A stretch of 35,316 bases of DNA from an uncultured virus (IMG/VR IMGVR_UViG_3300037963_002983) (IMGVR_UViG_3300037963_002983), one strand, 5' to 3'. Counted from the first letter of the stretch, positions 1-9,380 are shown. Notes: generated from the sequence alone by a model not told the origin. Program-made: numbers and translations.

Positions 1-1
1 C

Positions 2-274
2 GATAGTGGTTTCAAATCGGTAGGTTCTATTGGAACGGGTTTTAGTGATGCTGATTTAGTTTGGCTAACAAATGAACTAAGAAAGAATGTAGAAACTTAC
101 GATAAAGGAACATATAACTTATTACCGAGAGTTGTTTTAGAAGTATCAGCAGACTTAGTTACTCAAGATGCAAAGGGCAACTATGGGTTAAGATTTCCTA
201 GATGTAAAAGAATACGACATGACAAGTTTGTGGCTGATATTAATACAATAGAAGATGTGGAGGATTTAGTTTGA
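2..274 (+). CDS. lig: ATP-dependent DNA ligase, C-terminal OB-fold domain (5'-partial)
   Basis: Manual translation of frame 2 gives ...VGSIGTGFSD...PRVVLEVSAD...YGLRFPRCKRIRHDK...*, the GTGFSD and motif VI (RFPR..R.R.DK) signatures of ATP-dependent ligases. Stop TGA at 272-274. Confidence 0.92.
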   Translation, partial: DSGFKSVGSIGTGFSDADLVWLTNELRKNVETYDKGTYNLLPRVVLEVSADLVTQDAKGNYGLRFPRCKRIRHDKFVADINTIEDVEDLV

Positions 275-714
275 CGGAAGATTGGAATAAGTGGCTAAAA
301 GATATGTTTGATGAAACAATTTATGAAACTGATGATTTGACTAGTCCTATAGAAGTCAAAGACTTGATAAATAAATATGGAAAGGCATCTATATTTACAT
401 ATGCTCTTTATAGTGACATAACAGAGGGAGATATATTTGTTATAACTAAAGGACTATATGTTGCTTTACGATGTAATGATAGCATTGTTCTTCCAAAAGA
501 TTTTGAAAGAAACATGCTTATTATTGAAGCAAAAGAAGATAAGGAAAAGGCTTCTTTGTTTGGAAGGGTAGAAAACACAAACCTAAACATTGTTTTGGGC
601 GGATGTTTTCAAGAACACTACGAGTATATTCAACATCTTGTTCTTGAAGGTTTACAGTATATGCAAGTAGAATGTGAGTTCATTGGATTCTTTGAGGTTG
701 AGTCCAATGTATAG
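271..714 (+). CDS. hypothetical protein (147 aa)
   Basis: TTG start overlaps the ligase stop (TTGA) and is preceded by GGAGG. No recognisable motif. Confidence 0.7.
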   Translation: MTEDWNKWLKDMFDETIYETDDLTSPIEVKDLINKYGKASIFTYALYSDITEGDIFVITKGLYVALRCNDSIVLPKDFERNMLIIEAKEDKEKASLFGRVENTNLNIVLGGCFQEHYEYIQHLVLEGLQYMQVECEFIGFFEVESNV

Positions 715-1105
715 TGAAGATATGCTAAAGGGTATATTTCTTGCTAAAGCAAAGGGACACATAGGGCTAACTAAGAATGATGGTATTTTGATAGGCTATC
801 GAACTAAACTAACAATTAGTATTAGAGGTAGTCCTAAGTTCCTACAAGCAATACAAAGAACTCTTGTTCAGTATGATATAGAGTCTAAGTTTAAACCTCA
901 GCAAAATAAAAGTAGACCAACACCGATATTAATTATATCGGGAATAAAAAATATTGCGTTGGTAGTTCACAAGTTATTGGTGGATTTACCCGATGCTAAC
1001 GACAGTCTTAGTGACTTTAAACGAGCAGTAAGAATAGTAGCCGAGGCAAGACACTTACAATTAGAAGGATTAGAAGAATTATTTAAAATAAAAGGGGTTA
1101 TGTAA
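707..1105 (+). CDS. degenerate single-motif LAGLIDADG homing-endonuclease-fold protein, probably nuclease-inactive
   Basis: The N-terminal helix MLKGIFLAKAKG sits at the LAGLIDADG position. It is followed by a beta-hairpin (IGYRTKLTISI), FLQAIQRTL, LIISGIKNI and a C-terminal RHLQLEGLEELFKIK resembling the HLT.EGL..I..IK tail of single-domain LAGLIDADG enzymes. ATG 707 follows GAGGTTGA. Confidence 0.6.
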   Translation: MYSEDMLKGIFLAKAKGHIGLTKNDGILIGYRTKLTISIRGSPKFLQAIQRTLVQYDIESKFKPQQNKSRPTPILIISGIKNIALVVHKLLVDLPDANDSLSDFKRAVRIVAEARHLQLEGLEELFKIKGVM

Positions 1106-1950
1106 TGGGATTAACAAATATGAATAGAAATAGACCAATAATAATAACAGGAAAAACAGGAACAGGAAAAACAAGAAAGGCAAGAGAGATTCTTCCAGAT
1201 GCTTTGGTTATGTTTAGTGATGAATTAGAAATAGACTCAAATTCAATTAATGTTGAAAATGGACTTATTATCGAAGATATTCATTATAATAGCGATAAAG
1301 AACGCTTATTGAATATAATTAGACGGTATAGAGGTAAACTAGTAATGACCTCGCTTAATGAAAAAGACATTCCAAAGGAAGTGAAGCCTCTTTGCCAAAT
1401 AAAAAGAGCAGGAACTAAAAATCACTTGTTAGAATCAATCAAAGAACTAGCACCTAGAAGTGAAGAACCGTTTTCATCGAAAATGGACACCTTTAGTTTA
1501 GTGAATTACTTCTTGAAAGAAAGCGATAGGGAAGAAGTTTGTAGGGTTTTGAAGATTAACAAACCATCCGATACTCAAATATTGAATTGGCTTTGTGTAA
1601 ATTCAAATCCGAATAAGTTGTTATTCATTGATGGTAGAGTTAGAAGAAGATGGTCGCAAGATTACTTTTATGAAATGTTAGCATACGCCTATGATGGTAG
1701 GTTTTATGGTAGGTTGAATATGCCAACTAGAAAACAATATTCAAAGATACCTTCTTTGCTAAGGAGATTGGGTATTAAGAATGCTGATAAAAGGATATTC
1801 AAGCAATTAACTAATGATGAAGACTTTGTTAAGTTTGCTAAAAGCAAACTAAATAATAGCGAGTGTCGCCTAATGAATTTAGGAGAAAAGCGGGTGCGTA
1901 AAGCAAAGCCCGTTAAGAAAAAACAGGTTAGTTTGGGTGACTACTTATGA
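1105..1950 (+). CDS. rfcL: replication factor C large subunit-like clamp loader (divergent AAA+)
   Basis: Walker A GKTGTGKT, degenerate Walker B (LIIEDIH), VMTS sensor region, and a basic linker ending in PIP-box-like KQVSLGDYL as in archaeal RFC-L. RFC-S lies nearby. Confidence 0.7.
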   Translation: MGLTNMNRNRPIIITGKTGTGKTRKAREILPDALVMFSDELEIDSNSINVENGLIIEDIHYNSDKERLLNIIRRYRGKLVMTSLNEKDIPKEVKPLCQIKRAGTKNHLLESIKELAPRSEEPFSSKMDTFSLVNYFLKESDREEVCRVLKINKPSDTQILNWLCVNSNPNKLLFIDGRVRRRWSQDYFYEMLAYAYDGRFYGRLNMPTRKQYSKIPSLLRRLGIKNADKRIFKQLTNDEDFVKFAKSKLNNSECRLMNLGEKRVRKAKPVKKKQVSLGDYL

Positions 1951-2246
1951 AGATTAGAAAAGGAAAAAAGAGAGTAGTCATGCGACTGATAAATATAGTC
2001 GGTAGTAATGAATTAACTACTAGAGAAATATACAATAGGATGGTAGAACATCCTTCTAAAAACAGTATGAAAAGAAATGGTGGAGATTTAACAATCCACC
2101 AACTAAGTAATATTCTCTCATCTTATTTCGATAAGGTGGGTTTTAGTAAAAAAGATAATAATATAATATGGAAAAATAGAGATGAGAATTATGGGAAGAA
2201 AAGGAAACAAAATGATAATAAAGAAAATAAAAATGATGTTAGATGA
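1947..2246 (+). CDS. small basic winged-helix-like protein (paralogue A)
   Basis: LTTREIYNRM...LTIHQLSNILS..F.KVG...IWK pattern; ATGA-coupled to rfcL. Confidence 0.6.
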   Translation: MKIRKGKKRVVMRLINIVGSNELTTREIYNRMVEHPSKNSMKRNGGDLTIHQLSNILSSYFDKVGFSKKDNNIIWKNRDENYGKKRKQNDNKENKNDVR

Positions 2247-2442
2247 AACACCAAATATGACAACAGGACAAATATACGATTTATTACACAATACAAAAAG
2301 TGTAAATACGGCAGGAAGGAAAAAATTTCCTGCTTGGGGAATAACGATTAATCAGTTATCTTCTGTATTGGGTCGTAAGTTTGAGAAGGCATATTTTGAT
2401 GAAAAAGTAAGACAGGTTGCTTGGAAGAATAAAGAGGAATAA
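2182..2442 (+). CDS. small basic winged-helix-like protein (paralogue B; start uncertain)
   Basis: MTTGQIYDLL...ITINQLSSVLG..FEK...AWK aligns with the preceding ORF. Confidence 0.6.
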   Translation: MRIMGRKGNKMIIKKIKMMLDETPNMTTGQIYDLLHNTKSVNTAGRKKFPAWGITINQLSSVLGRKFEKAYFDEKVRQVAWKNKEE

Positions 2443-2458
2443 AATTGGAGATGATATA

Positions 2459-2689
2459 ATGAAAAGTAAAAAAATAAATGAAGATATAGAAGAACTAAAA
2501 GAAAAAGCATACCAAGCCGAACAACTTGAACAGTTGCAGGAATGGGCTATTCAAGCGGAGTCATATATTACTGATATTTTAGGCCACCCCGATTTAAGAG
2601 AACTTGGTATTGAAGAACCTCATGGTTGGTTAAGTAGTATTATGCACAATTTAGTTATAGAAATAGAATCTAAGTTGGGGGATTTGTAA
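2459..2689 (+). CDS. hypothetical acidic helical protein
   Basis: ATG follows GGAGATGA; the stop overlaps the rfcS start (TAATG). Confidence 0.6.
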   Translation: MKSKKINEDIEELKEKAYQAEQLEQLQEWAIQAESYITDILGHPDLRELGIEEPHGWLSSIMHNLVIEIESKLGDL

Positions 2690-3600
2690 TGTTATGGACA
2701 GAAAAATACAGACCAAGTAAATTAAGTGATATTGTAGGACAAGAGCATTTTGTATTAGATGCCGAACAATGGGTATTAGAAAAGAATATGCCTAATGTTC
2801 TTGCTTATGGAATGCAAGGGACAGGTAAGACAGGTGCGGCAATAGCACTTGCTAAGTCTATGTTAGGAGACTTATTCAAGGATAACTTCTTTGAAGTAAA
2901 TGCTAGTGACGATAGAAGATTAGAAACTGTTAGGACTACAATTAAACAAGTAGCGCAAAGCGGAACTATTGGTGATGCACCATTTAGAATAATGTTATTA
3001 GATGAAATGGATGGTATGACTAGTGATGCTCAAAATGCTTTGAAAAGAATAATGGAAAGATATGCAAATAATATTAGATTCATTATTACTTGTAATGATA
3101 AGTCTAGGATTATCTTTCCACTGCAAAGCAGGTGTGCAAATTACAGATTCAATCCATTGAAAAATGAAATAGTGCTTGAAGTAATTACTAAGATTCTTGA
3201 TAAAGAGGGCGTAAGTGGATTCGACGAAACCGAATTGGCTCGCTTTATATATCAATTAGATGGAGATTTACGCAGGGCAATTACAGAAATACAGGCTGCC
3301 AATGCCTCAAACTTTACACTAAGAAAACAAGTACAAAATTCATTTAAAGAATTTGATGGAATACTAAAATTAATAATCGATAAAAAACCTAATGAAACAT
3401 TAGATAAATTACATGACATATTGTATGGAGGAAGAAGTGTGAAGGAGATTTGTTTAGCACTACATAACTCTGTACTAGAGGCACAAGGTTTAGAGTCCAA
3501 AGAGAAGTTTAAACTTCTTAGGATAATAGGGGAAGCAGAATATCGTTCTACTACCATGACCCCTAAAGTAATAATTTCATGGATGGTAGGACAACTTTAA
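2689..3600 (+). CDS. rfcS: replication factor C small subunit
   Basis: WTEKYRP RFC box, Walker A GMQGTGKT, EVNASD, Walker B LLDEMD, AQNALKR, SRC arginine finger, GDLRRAI. Confidence 0.96.
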   Translation: MLWTEKYRPSKLSDIVGQEHFVLDAEQWVLEKNMPNVLAYGMQGTGKTGAAIALAKSMLGDLFKDNFFEVNASDDRRLETVRTTIKQVAQSGTIGDAPFRIMLLDEMDGMTSDAQNALKRIMERYANNIRFIITCNDKSRIIFPLQSRCANYRFNPLKNEIVLEVITKILDKEGVSGFDETELARFIYQLDGDLRRAITEIQAANASNFTLRKQVQNSFKEFDGILKLIIDKKPNETLDKLHDILYGGRSVKEICLALHNSVLEAQGLESKEKFKLLRIIGEAEYRSTTMTPKVIISWMVGQL

Positions 3601-3612
3601 GGAGGAAAAAAT

Positions 3613-4842
3613 ATGAAAGAAATAAATGAAAAAATGATGAAAGAAATAGAAATAGGAAGTAAGCACATAGGAATTACTGTTGATGAAATGGTAACAAAAT
3701 TCCGTTCCATGTGTGAAGAGAATGGAATAGAGTTAGATAACGATATTGCAGTTTCACTACTTAGAAATTATGTGCGTGGTAATATGCCAACAAAGAAAAC
3801 AAACAACAGTGGTTCTAACAGTTTAGTTAAGAGCGCATTCGGTTTCTTTGTAAGCCTAGAAGCACCAAGAGATATGATGAGTTGGAGTAGAAACAAAGCA
3901 AGAGAAGAATACCTAAGAGATGGTGAAAAAGCATTATCCGATGGCGTTTTTGCAGTTGCTACCGATAACGGAGATGAAACCTATAATCTTGAAAGATACT
4001 ACAAAGGTGAATATCAAGAAACTATGGTAAAGAAACTACCCGATGGTGCGGAAGAATTGGAAGATGGGACTATTATTATTCCATTAGACAACATGCCTAA
4101 TTACACAAGTGGGGCTGAAAATAAAAGATATGGTAAGCCTTTGCCTAAGAATGAATTTAGAAGAAATGGTATTTTCTTCGGTAGCATTGATGGCGGAGAT
4201 ATGAAGTCTTACTACTTCTCTTATAAGAATCAAGGTGGAATAGATTTTGCACCCGAAACTTTTGATTGGGTTCACTTCAAGGCTATTCCTAGTGATGATG
4301 GAACAAACTTGTATGGTATGACTATGGCGACTAAAGATAGTCTAATTAGAAATGTTGATTTAAACCCCGATAATAGCGATTATAGGGATATGAGTTCTTT
4401 TGACTTTTCATCTTGTTTGTATGAAAACTATCCTAAGAATGGAACACCATTGGTAGATTTAGATAGACTACATACTAATTTACAAATGGAACAAACAAAG
4501 GATAGATTTGCTATTGTTGAAGGAACGGTTGTTAATCAAAGAATGACACCGACTGCTAACGGTAACAGAATTTTATCTATTACTGATAAGGCATCCGATA
4601 TGGAATTGACAGAAGATGAAGAAGAGAATCTAGCAACTACTTGTTGGATTCCCGAACACATCAATATTAACTTCGGTATTGGTTCTACAGTATTAGTAGT
4701 TGGAAGAACTTCTCAAAGAATTATTGACGGAGAAGCCGAACCAATCACAATTAATACTAGTGGTTTGTTAGTTCAAGAGGCATTTGGTAATCCGGTTGCC
4801 GAAGAACAGGGCGTAGAGGATGAAGACATTGTTTGGTTTTGA
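3613..4842 (+). CDS. putative single-stranded DNA-binding protein (RPA-like OB folds)
   Basis: C-terminal OB-like strand pattern (IVEGTVV...RILSITD...CWIP...GSTVLVVGRT), acidic-aromatic tail EDEDIVWF, strong AAGGAGG RBS, replisome context. Confidence 0.6.
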   Translation: MKEINEKMMKEIEIGSKHIGITVDEMVTKFRSMCEENGIELDNDIAVSLLRNYVRGNMPTKKTNNSGSNSLVKSAFGFFVSLEAPRDMMSWSRNKAREEYLRDGEKALSDGVFAVATDNGDETYNLERYYKGEYQETMVKKLPDGAEELEDGTIIIPLDNMPNYTSGAENKRYGKPLPKNEFRRNGIFFGSIDGGDMKSYYFSYKNQGGIDFAPETFDWVHFKAIPSDDGTNLYGMTMATKDSLIRNVDLNPDNSDYRDMSSFDFSSCLYENYPKNGTPLVDLDRLHTNLQMEQTKDRFAIVEGTVVNQRMTPTANGNRILSITDKASDMELTEDEEENLATTCWIPEHININFGIGSTVLVVGRTSQRIIDGEAEPITINTSGLLVQEAFGNPVAEEQGVEDEDIVWF

Positions 4843-4852
4843 TTAGATTCCA

Positions 4853-4939
4853 AAGGGGTTTGTTGTTTCCCCTAAGCATGTCCAAGTGTAAGTGTGAACT
4901 TGAGGAAGAAATTGACGCTCGGATAGGTGCGAAGCCTAT
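4853..4939 (+). promoter_or_regulatory. structured intergenic element (2-3 hairpins)
   Basis: AGGGG-tttgttgttt-CCCCT, CAAGT..ACTTG and ATAGG-tgcgaag-CCTAT inverted repeats lie in the only sizeable gap of the + arm. Confidence 0.45.
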
Positions 4940-4955
4940 TTTTAGAGGAATAAAA

Positions 4956-5225
4956 ATGTATAGAAAAGGAATTATAGAAGAGAGATTCCTTCTAAAAAAT
5001 GAAAGTTATATTATTGATTTAAATAGTGTAGACTTTATTACTTGGAAGGAAAATGAAAACAAAAAAGATAGTTATTGGATTAAACTTCATGTTGGAACTA
5101 AGGAGACAAGATATGTTTGTGAAGGCAAAAATGAATTGTGTCGTATATTAAACGCATGGGGATTATTGAAAGAAACAGAATTATTATTAGATAAAAATGA
5201 GATAGGTGAAAATTATGAGTTTTAG
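4956..5225 (+). CDS. hypothetical protein (89 aa)
   Basis: ATG follows AGAGGA. Beta-rich with a C-terminal helix. The longer ORF-track start at 4833 is unlikely. Confidence 0.65.
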   Translation: MYRKGIIEERFLLKNESYIIDLNSVDFITWKENENKKDSYWIKLHVGTKETRYVCEGKNELCRILNAWGLLKETELLLDKNEIGENYEF

Positions 5226-5976
5226 AAAAGAGAAAATAAATTTTAGTGAATTAATGAAAATGAAAAGAGAGAATAGAAAACCTAGAATGGTATTAGGTAT
5301 TTGGGGAGAACCAAAGACGGGTAAAACCGGACTTGCATTAGACTTCCCCGATAGAAAGATATTTGTTTTAGATTGGGATAGAGGCGTTGAATCAACTTGG
5401 TTTCAACACCACGATGCAACAGATAGAATAGAAGTATTTTGTCCTATTGTAATGAATAAAGATAACATTATTGATATTAACGAAAGTGAATCACGCTCGT
5501 TAGAATTTATCAATCATGCTAAACAATCAATAGATGCAGGAGATAAACCTATCTTTGTTATTGATGGAGTAGATACTTGGCTTTCTTCATGTATGTTGAA
5601 AGTTAATCCTAATCCTAGAGTGGTAACAAAGATTATGCCGTTCCAATATGGTAACAGAAACAAGGCATTCTACTATTTATTAGACACTATATACAACTTA
5701 GAATGTGATGTAATATTTATTACGCATGATACTGAAAAGTATGTCGATAATGTGCCTGTTGGAGTTCAGCCAATGTGGAAAGATTGGGGAGGTAAACTTG
5801 AACAAGAGATTTACTGTTCTAAAAAGAAAGTAAAGGGAGAACTACATTTCTTTGCTGAACTATTAGGTAGTAGAACTAATGGTAAACTTGTAGGTTCTAA
5901 GTGGACTACAAGACAAGGAACTCCACCTAACATTACATGGAATGGACTAAAGGAATTAAGAGAGGGGGCAATATGA
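5215..5976 (+). CDS. P-loop ATPase, AAA_24/Sak4/RadA-like recombination protein
   Basis: Walker A GEPKTGKT, VLDWDRG, Walker B FVIDGVD, VIFITH strand; RecA-fold order typical of phage Sak4-type proteins. Confidence 0.75.
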   Translation: MSFRKEKINFSELMKMKRENRKPRMVLGIWGEPKTGKTGLALDFPDRKIFVLDWDRGVESTWFQHHDATDRIEVFCPIVMNKDNIIDINESESRSLEFINHAKQSIDAGDKPIFVIDGVDTWLSSCMLKVNPNPRVVTKIMPFQYGNRNKAFYYLLDTIYNLECDVIFITHDTEKYVDNVPVGVQPMWKDWGGKLEQEIYCSKKKVKGELHFFAELLGSRTNGKLVGSKWTTRQGTPPNITWNGLKELREGAI

Positions 5977-6746
5977 AATTTACAGTAGATGCAAAAGAAT
6001 TAGTAAAGGCATTAACAGATATACAATTGAAAGGAAAATACTTCAATGGTGCAAGTCTAACTAATAATACTTTAATAGAGTATTTTTACGCTAAATTGCA
6101 CAATAATACATTGAGTTTATGGAATTGTGATTCTATTAATTCATTAATAGTTAGAGTCAATATAACTGTTGAAGGTGATGAAGACGGAACGGTTGTTGGT
6201 GAAACCGGAGAGTTGTTGAAATATCTAAAGAAGTTCAGTGGTGATGTAGTAGTAAACTGTGGTGATATTATTACTATGACAAATAACAATAGTAAACTTT
6301 CACAACCTACTATTGCGAATCATCCTAATATGGACACATTGAATCGTATGGGTCAGCATGTCCTAAATACACACTTTGAAGAAAACCTAGAAACTTTGTT
6401 TAACTTTAACAAAGAAAAATATGAAGGTGCATTTCAATTAGACTCAAATACATTTAGTGAAACTATGAAACTTTGTGAGTTGATTGGTAGTGGTGTTTAT
6501 CACCTAAACTATGAACATGATAAGAATAAGTTATCACTGTCTAGTGCTACTAACAACTCAAATAAGTTTGAAACTTCTATTGAGTTAGAAGGCAATATTG
6601 GAGAATCAGCAACACTAGATTTTTCTAGCCCACTACATGTATTGTTTGACAATGAAATGTTGAACTTTTATGTCAAAGATGATTTCCCGATGTTGATTAT
6701 ATCGGAGAATAAACTTTTGATTAAAGCACCACACTTAGCAAATTGA
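5973..6746 (+). CDS. pcn: DNA sliding clamp (PCNA-like)
   Basis: About 257 aa with two clamp-like repeats (MKFTVDAKELVKAL...; FQLDSNTFSETMK...) ending in DFPMLI...LIKAP. Lies directly upstream of PolB, and RFC genes and PIP boxes are present in the window. Confidence 0.7.
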   Translation: MKFTVDAKELVKALTDIQLKGKYFNGASLTNNTLIEYFYAKLHNNTLSLWNCDSINSLIVRVNITVEGDEDGTVVGETGELLKYLKKFSGDVVVNCGDIITMTNNNSKLSQPTIANHPNMDTLNRMGQHVLNTHFEENLETLFNFNKEKYEGAFQLDSNTFSETMKLCELIGSGVYHLNYEHDKNKLSLSSATNNSNKFETSIELEGNIGESATLDFSSPLHVLFDNEMLNFYVKDDFPMLIISENKLLIKAPHLAN

Positions 6747-6755
6747 GGAATATAA

Positions 6756-8420
6756 ATGATAATAAGTAATAAAAATGGAAATACAATATACAAATCTTGG
6801 AGAGAAAACGGAAAAAGAAAAAGCGAAGAGTTAGAGTTTCGACCCTACTTCTATGTTTTAGAAGATGAGGTAGAAAGAAATTACTATCCTTTGAACAAAT
6901 ATACCAATGGTAGATTTGAATATGAAGATGGAGATTGGAAAAGCCTAGAAGGTGAACCTTTGAAGAGAGTCTATGTTGAAAAATCATATGACATAAATAG
7001 TGCTAGGCAACTCTTTACTAAAACATATGAGGCTGATGTGCCTTATACATTTAGATATGCAGTTGATGAAGTTAATGAGATGCCCGAATACAATATGCGT
7101 AAGTGGTATTGGGATATGGAATGGCAACAAGGCGGAGAATATGATGGTTGCATTACTACTATTGTAGTGTATGACAACTACAATAAGAAATACACTCAGT
7201 TTACTTGGTTTCCCGAAGGCCATCCCTTTTATGTCTCATCCCAAAGAATAGATTATAACGAAGAAACAAAACATAATACTTATGTTTGTCGTGATGAAAA
7301 ATTTATGCTTGAAGTCTTTATGGGATTTATGATTGCTAAAGACCCCGATATGTTAATTGCATGGTTTGGCCTTAAGTTCGACTTACCTAAGTTATTAGAT
7401 AGAGCATGTGCTTTAGGTTTGAATCCTTTAATCATGTCGCCTTATCATAAGATAGATGGAGTTAAACAACTTAAGAAAGGTTGTAGTTTTAAGAGACAAG
7501 ACGGTTATTCGCCAATTGAACAACCTATTGGTGGAAGACTTACTCTTAACTTAGACTTAGCATTTGAAAGACAGTGGAATGATTCACAAAGAGGAACATT
7601 ACCTTCACTAAGTCTTGATTATGTTTCTAAGATATTGTTCGATGAAGGAAAGGTAATGGAAACTAAGTTTGAAGACCCTAACGAATTTTATCGTAGAGCA
7701 TGGCTAGAAGATACAGAAGCATACTTACATTATGCCTTAGTAGATGTAGAACTTTTAGTTAGAATAGATGAATCAAACTATTGTAGCGAAGCAATAATAT
7801 CATTACAACGATTACTAAAAGCACCTTTCAAGGCTTGCTTCTATGCTTCACATATGGGTTCTATTTACTTTATGAGAAATGCTTGGTGGAAAGCACCAAC
7901 AGGCATCAAAAGTGCCGATAGAAGAGAATATCAAGGGGCTATGATTTACGACCCGCTTAGTGAGAATACTAATGGCTTACACCTTAATGTAGCGGCGTTT
8001 GACTTTGCGGGGCTATATCCTTCAATGATGGTTGCTAGAAACATATCTTGGGAAACTAAGAGCCAAACCCCTACTGAATTTGGGGTTAATATCTTAACGC
8101 CAAGAGATTTCAGCGAAGTGGAAGGAGAGCAAATGCACTATTATAGAACTGATGAGTTAGGATTATTGCCTAAAGCAGTTCTTGAGTTGAAGGAGTTAAG
8201 AAACGATTACAAGAAAAGAATGAAGAACTCCGAAGGTGATGAATATGTTAAGTGGTATAATAATCAAATGGCGGTCAAGAGATTAATGGCTTCTTTTTAT
8301 GGTGTATTAGCCTTTCAAGGCTTTGGTTGGGCTGATGTAGATTTAGCCGCTAGTATTACTGCTAGTGCTAGAGAGGCTATTAGGTTGGCCGCATTTAAGG
8401 CGAAGGAGTTGGAAGTATGA
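6756..8420 (+). CDS. polB: family B DNA polymerase, N-terminal part (3'-5' exonuclease, motifs A and B)
   Basis: FRPYFY, YEADV, ExoI WDMEW, ExoII FDLPKL, ExoIII YALVD, motif A FDFAGLYPS, motif B KRLMASFYG, ITASAREAI. The ORF ends before motif C. Confidence 0.95.
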   Translation: MIISNKNGNTIYKSWRENGKRKSEELEFRPYFYVLEDEVERNYYPLNKYTNGRFEYEDGDWKSLEGEPLKRVYVEKSYDINSARQLFTKTYEADVPYTFRYAVDEVNEMPEYNMRKWYWDMEWQQGGEYDGCITTIVVYDNYNKKYTQFTWFPEGHPFYVSSQRIDYNEETKHNTYVCRDEKFMLEVFMGFMIAKDPDMLIAWFGLKFDLPKLLDRACALGLNPLIMSPYHKIDGVKQLKKGCSFKRQDGYSPIEQPIGGRLTLNLDLAFERQWNDSQRGTLPSLSLDYVSKILFDEGKVMETKFEDPNEFYRRAWLEDTEAYLHYALVDVELLVRIDESNYCSEAIISLQRLLKAPFKACFYASHMGSIYFMRNAWWKAPTGIKSADRREYQGAMIYDPLSENTNGLHLNVAAFDFAGLYPSMMVARNISWETKSQTPTEFGVNILTPRDFSEVEGEQMHYYRTDELGLLPKAVLELKELRNDYKKRMKNSEGDEYVKWYNNQMAVKRLMASFYGVLAFQGFGWADVDLAASITASAREAIRLAAFKAKELEV

Positions 8421-8704
8421 GATGTGGAAAAATAATATATCCTAATGCTACGATTGCTCATCAAGAGATGCTTAAAGAAAAGAAAAATGGCATTAAACTT
8501 AATTATTATTATTGTGAATTTTGCGAGGGCTACCATTTAACAAAAATGAATTTACAGGCGCAACAGGCGTTTAAAAAGAGTATATTAAACGCCCATGAAC
8601 TTAAAAAGAAAAAACTTAAAGAAATTAAAATTGGGCCATTTGAGCCATTATATAAGGCTTGGAAGGATATTGAGGAATTTAAGGAGAAGATGAAAAATGA
8701 ATAG
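8417..8704 (+). CDS. small Zn-finger protein (C..K..Y...A...YxCxxCxxxH type)
   Basis: MRCGKIIY...YYYCEFCEGYHLT; ATGA-coupled to polB-N. Confidence 0.65.
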   Translation: MRCGKIIYPNATIAHQEMLKEKKNGIKLNYYYCEFCEGYHLTKMNLQAQQAFKKSILNAHELKKKKLKEIKIGPFEPLYKAWKDIEEFKEKMKNE

Positions 8705-8822
8705 AATAAAATGTATGAAACCGTTGGCGCATAATCCTCAATTTGAGGGTAAGTTTCATTGTAAAAGATGTGCAGAAGAAATAAAAATGAGGAATAAAAA
8801 TGAGTATAACAACAGAATGTAG
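8697..8822 (+). CDS. 41-aa Cys/His-containing peptide (not in ORF track)
   Basis: MNRIKCMKPLAHNPQFEGKFHCKRCAEEIK...; preceded by AAGGAG and fills the gap between its neighbours. Confidence 0.5.
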   Translation: MNRIKCMKPLAHNPQFEGKFHCKRCAEEIKMRNKNEYNNRM

Positions 8823-9246
8823 AGAATGTAGGCAGGTCTTTAGAAAGAGGTCTTTGAAATCAACAGAAAAAATATGCGAGGCTTGTAGAGGTAGCGGAGG
8901 AAGAAACAGATACAAGGTTATGGCTAATAAAACTGTTAATGCAATAGCAATAGTAGATAATATGGAAAAGCAAATAGAAGATTTAAAATCATCTATTGAT
9001 GTATTACATAGCACTATCGGAGTTGAAGTTCAGCACCAAATAACTAATGACATAAAACCTATTGTAGAAAAAATAGTAGATGAAAAAGTTAATGAACTAA
9101 AAGGTGTTATTATCTCTTCTATGACTAAATCACAAAAAGCACAAGAAGAAATTAAAGAACTTACTAAAACAATAAACTTACAAAAGGGTTCTATTACAAG
9201 AATTAGGAATAAGATAAAAGCGTTTGAAAAGAGGTTGGGAATATGA
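8800..9246 (+). CDS. Zn-ribbon plus coiled-coil protein
   Basis: CRECR...CEAC followed by heptad-rich helices. Confidence 0.75.
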   Translation: MSITTECRECRQVFRKRSLKSTEKICEACRGSGGRNRYKVMANKTVNAIAIVDNMEKQIEDLKSSIDVLHSTIGVEVQHQITNDIKPIVEKIVDEKVNELKGVIISSMTKSQKAQEEIKELTKTINLQKGSITRIRNKIKAFEKRLGI

Positions 9247-9380
9247 AGTGTCCTAGATGTGGAGGTTCTCTTGCTTATGTTGAGTTAAAACCTAAGATAA
9301 ACTATTCCTATGTTCAGCGAATAAAGAGAAGGGCTAAGTTAATATGTAATTCTTGTGAATATGAGGAGGTATTCAATTGA
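9243..9380 (+). CDS. 45-aa Zn-ribbon protein (not in ORF track)
   Basis: MKCPRCGGSL...LICNSCEYEEVFN; coupled at both ends (ATGA, TTGA). Confidence 0.7.
   Translation: MKCPRCGGSLAYVELKPKINYSYVQRIKRRAKLICNSCEYEEVFN

Noticed and set aside
4833..4955. N-terminal extension of ORF 4833-5225
   Set aside because: A better RBS and ATG lie at 4956, and the extension overlaps inverted repeats. Similar over-long starts were trimmed at 674, 2417, 5206, 5937, 10070, 11804, 12799, 13830 and 33908.
4843..4955. tRNA or known self-cleaving ribozyme in the spacer
   Set aside because: No cloverleaf or T-loop (GTTCRA), no hammerhead CTGANGA/GAAA core, and no convincing pistol or HDV topology.
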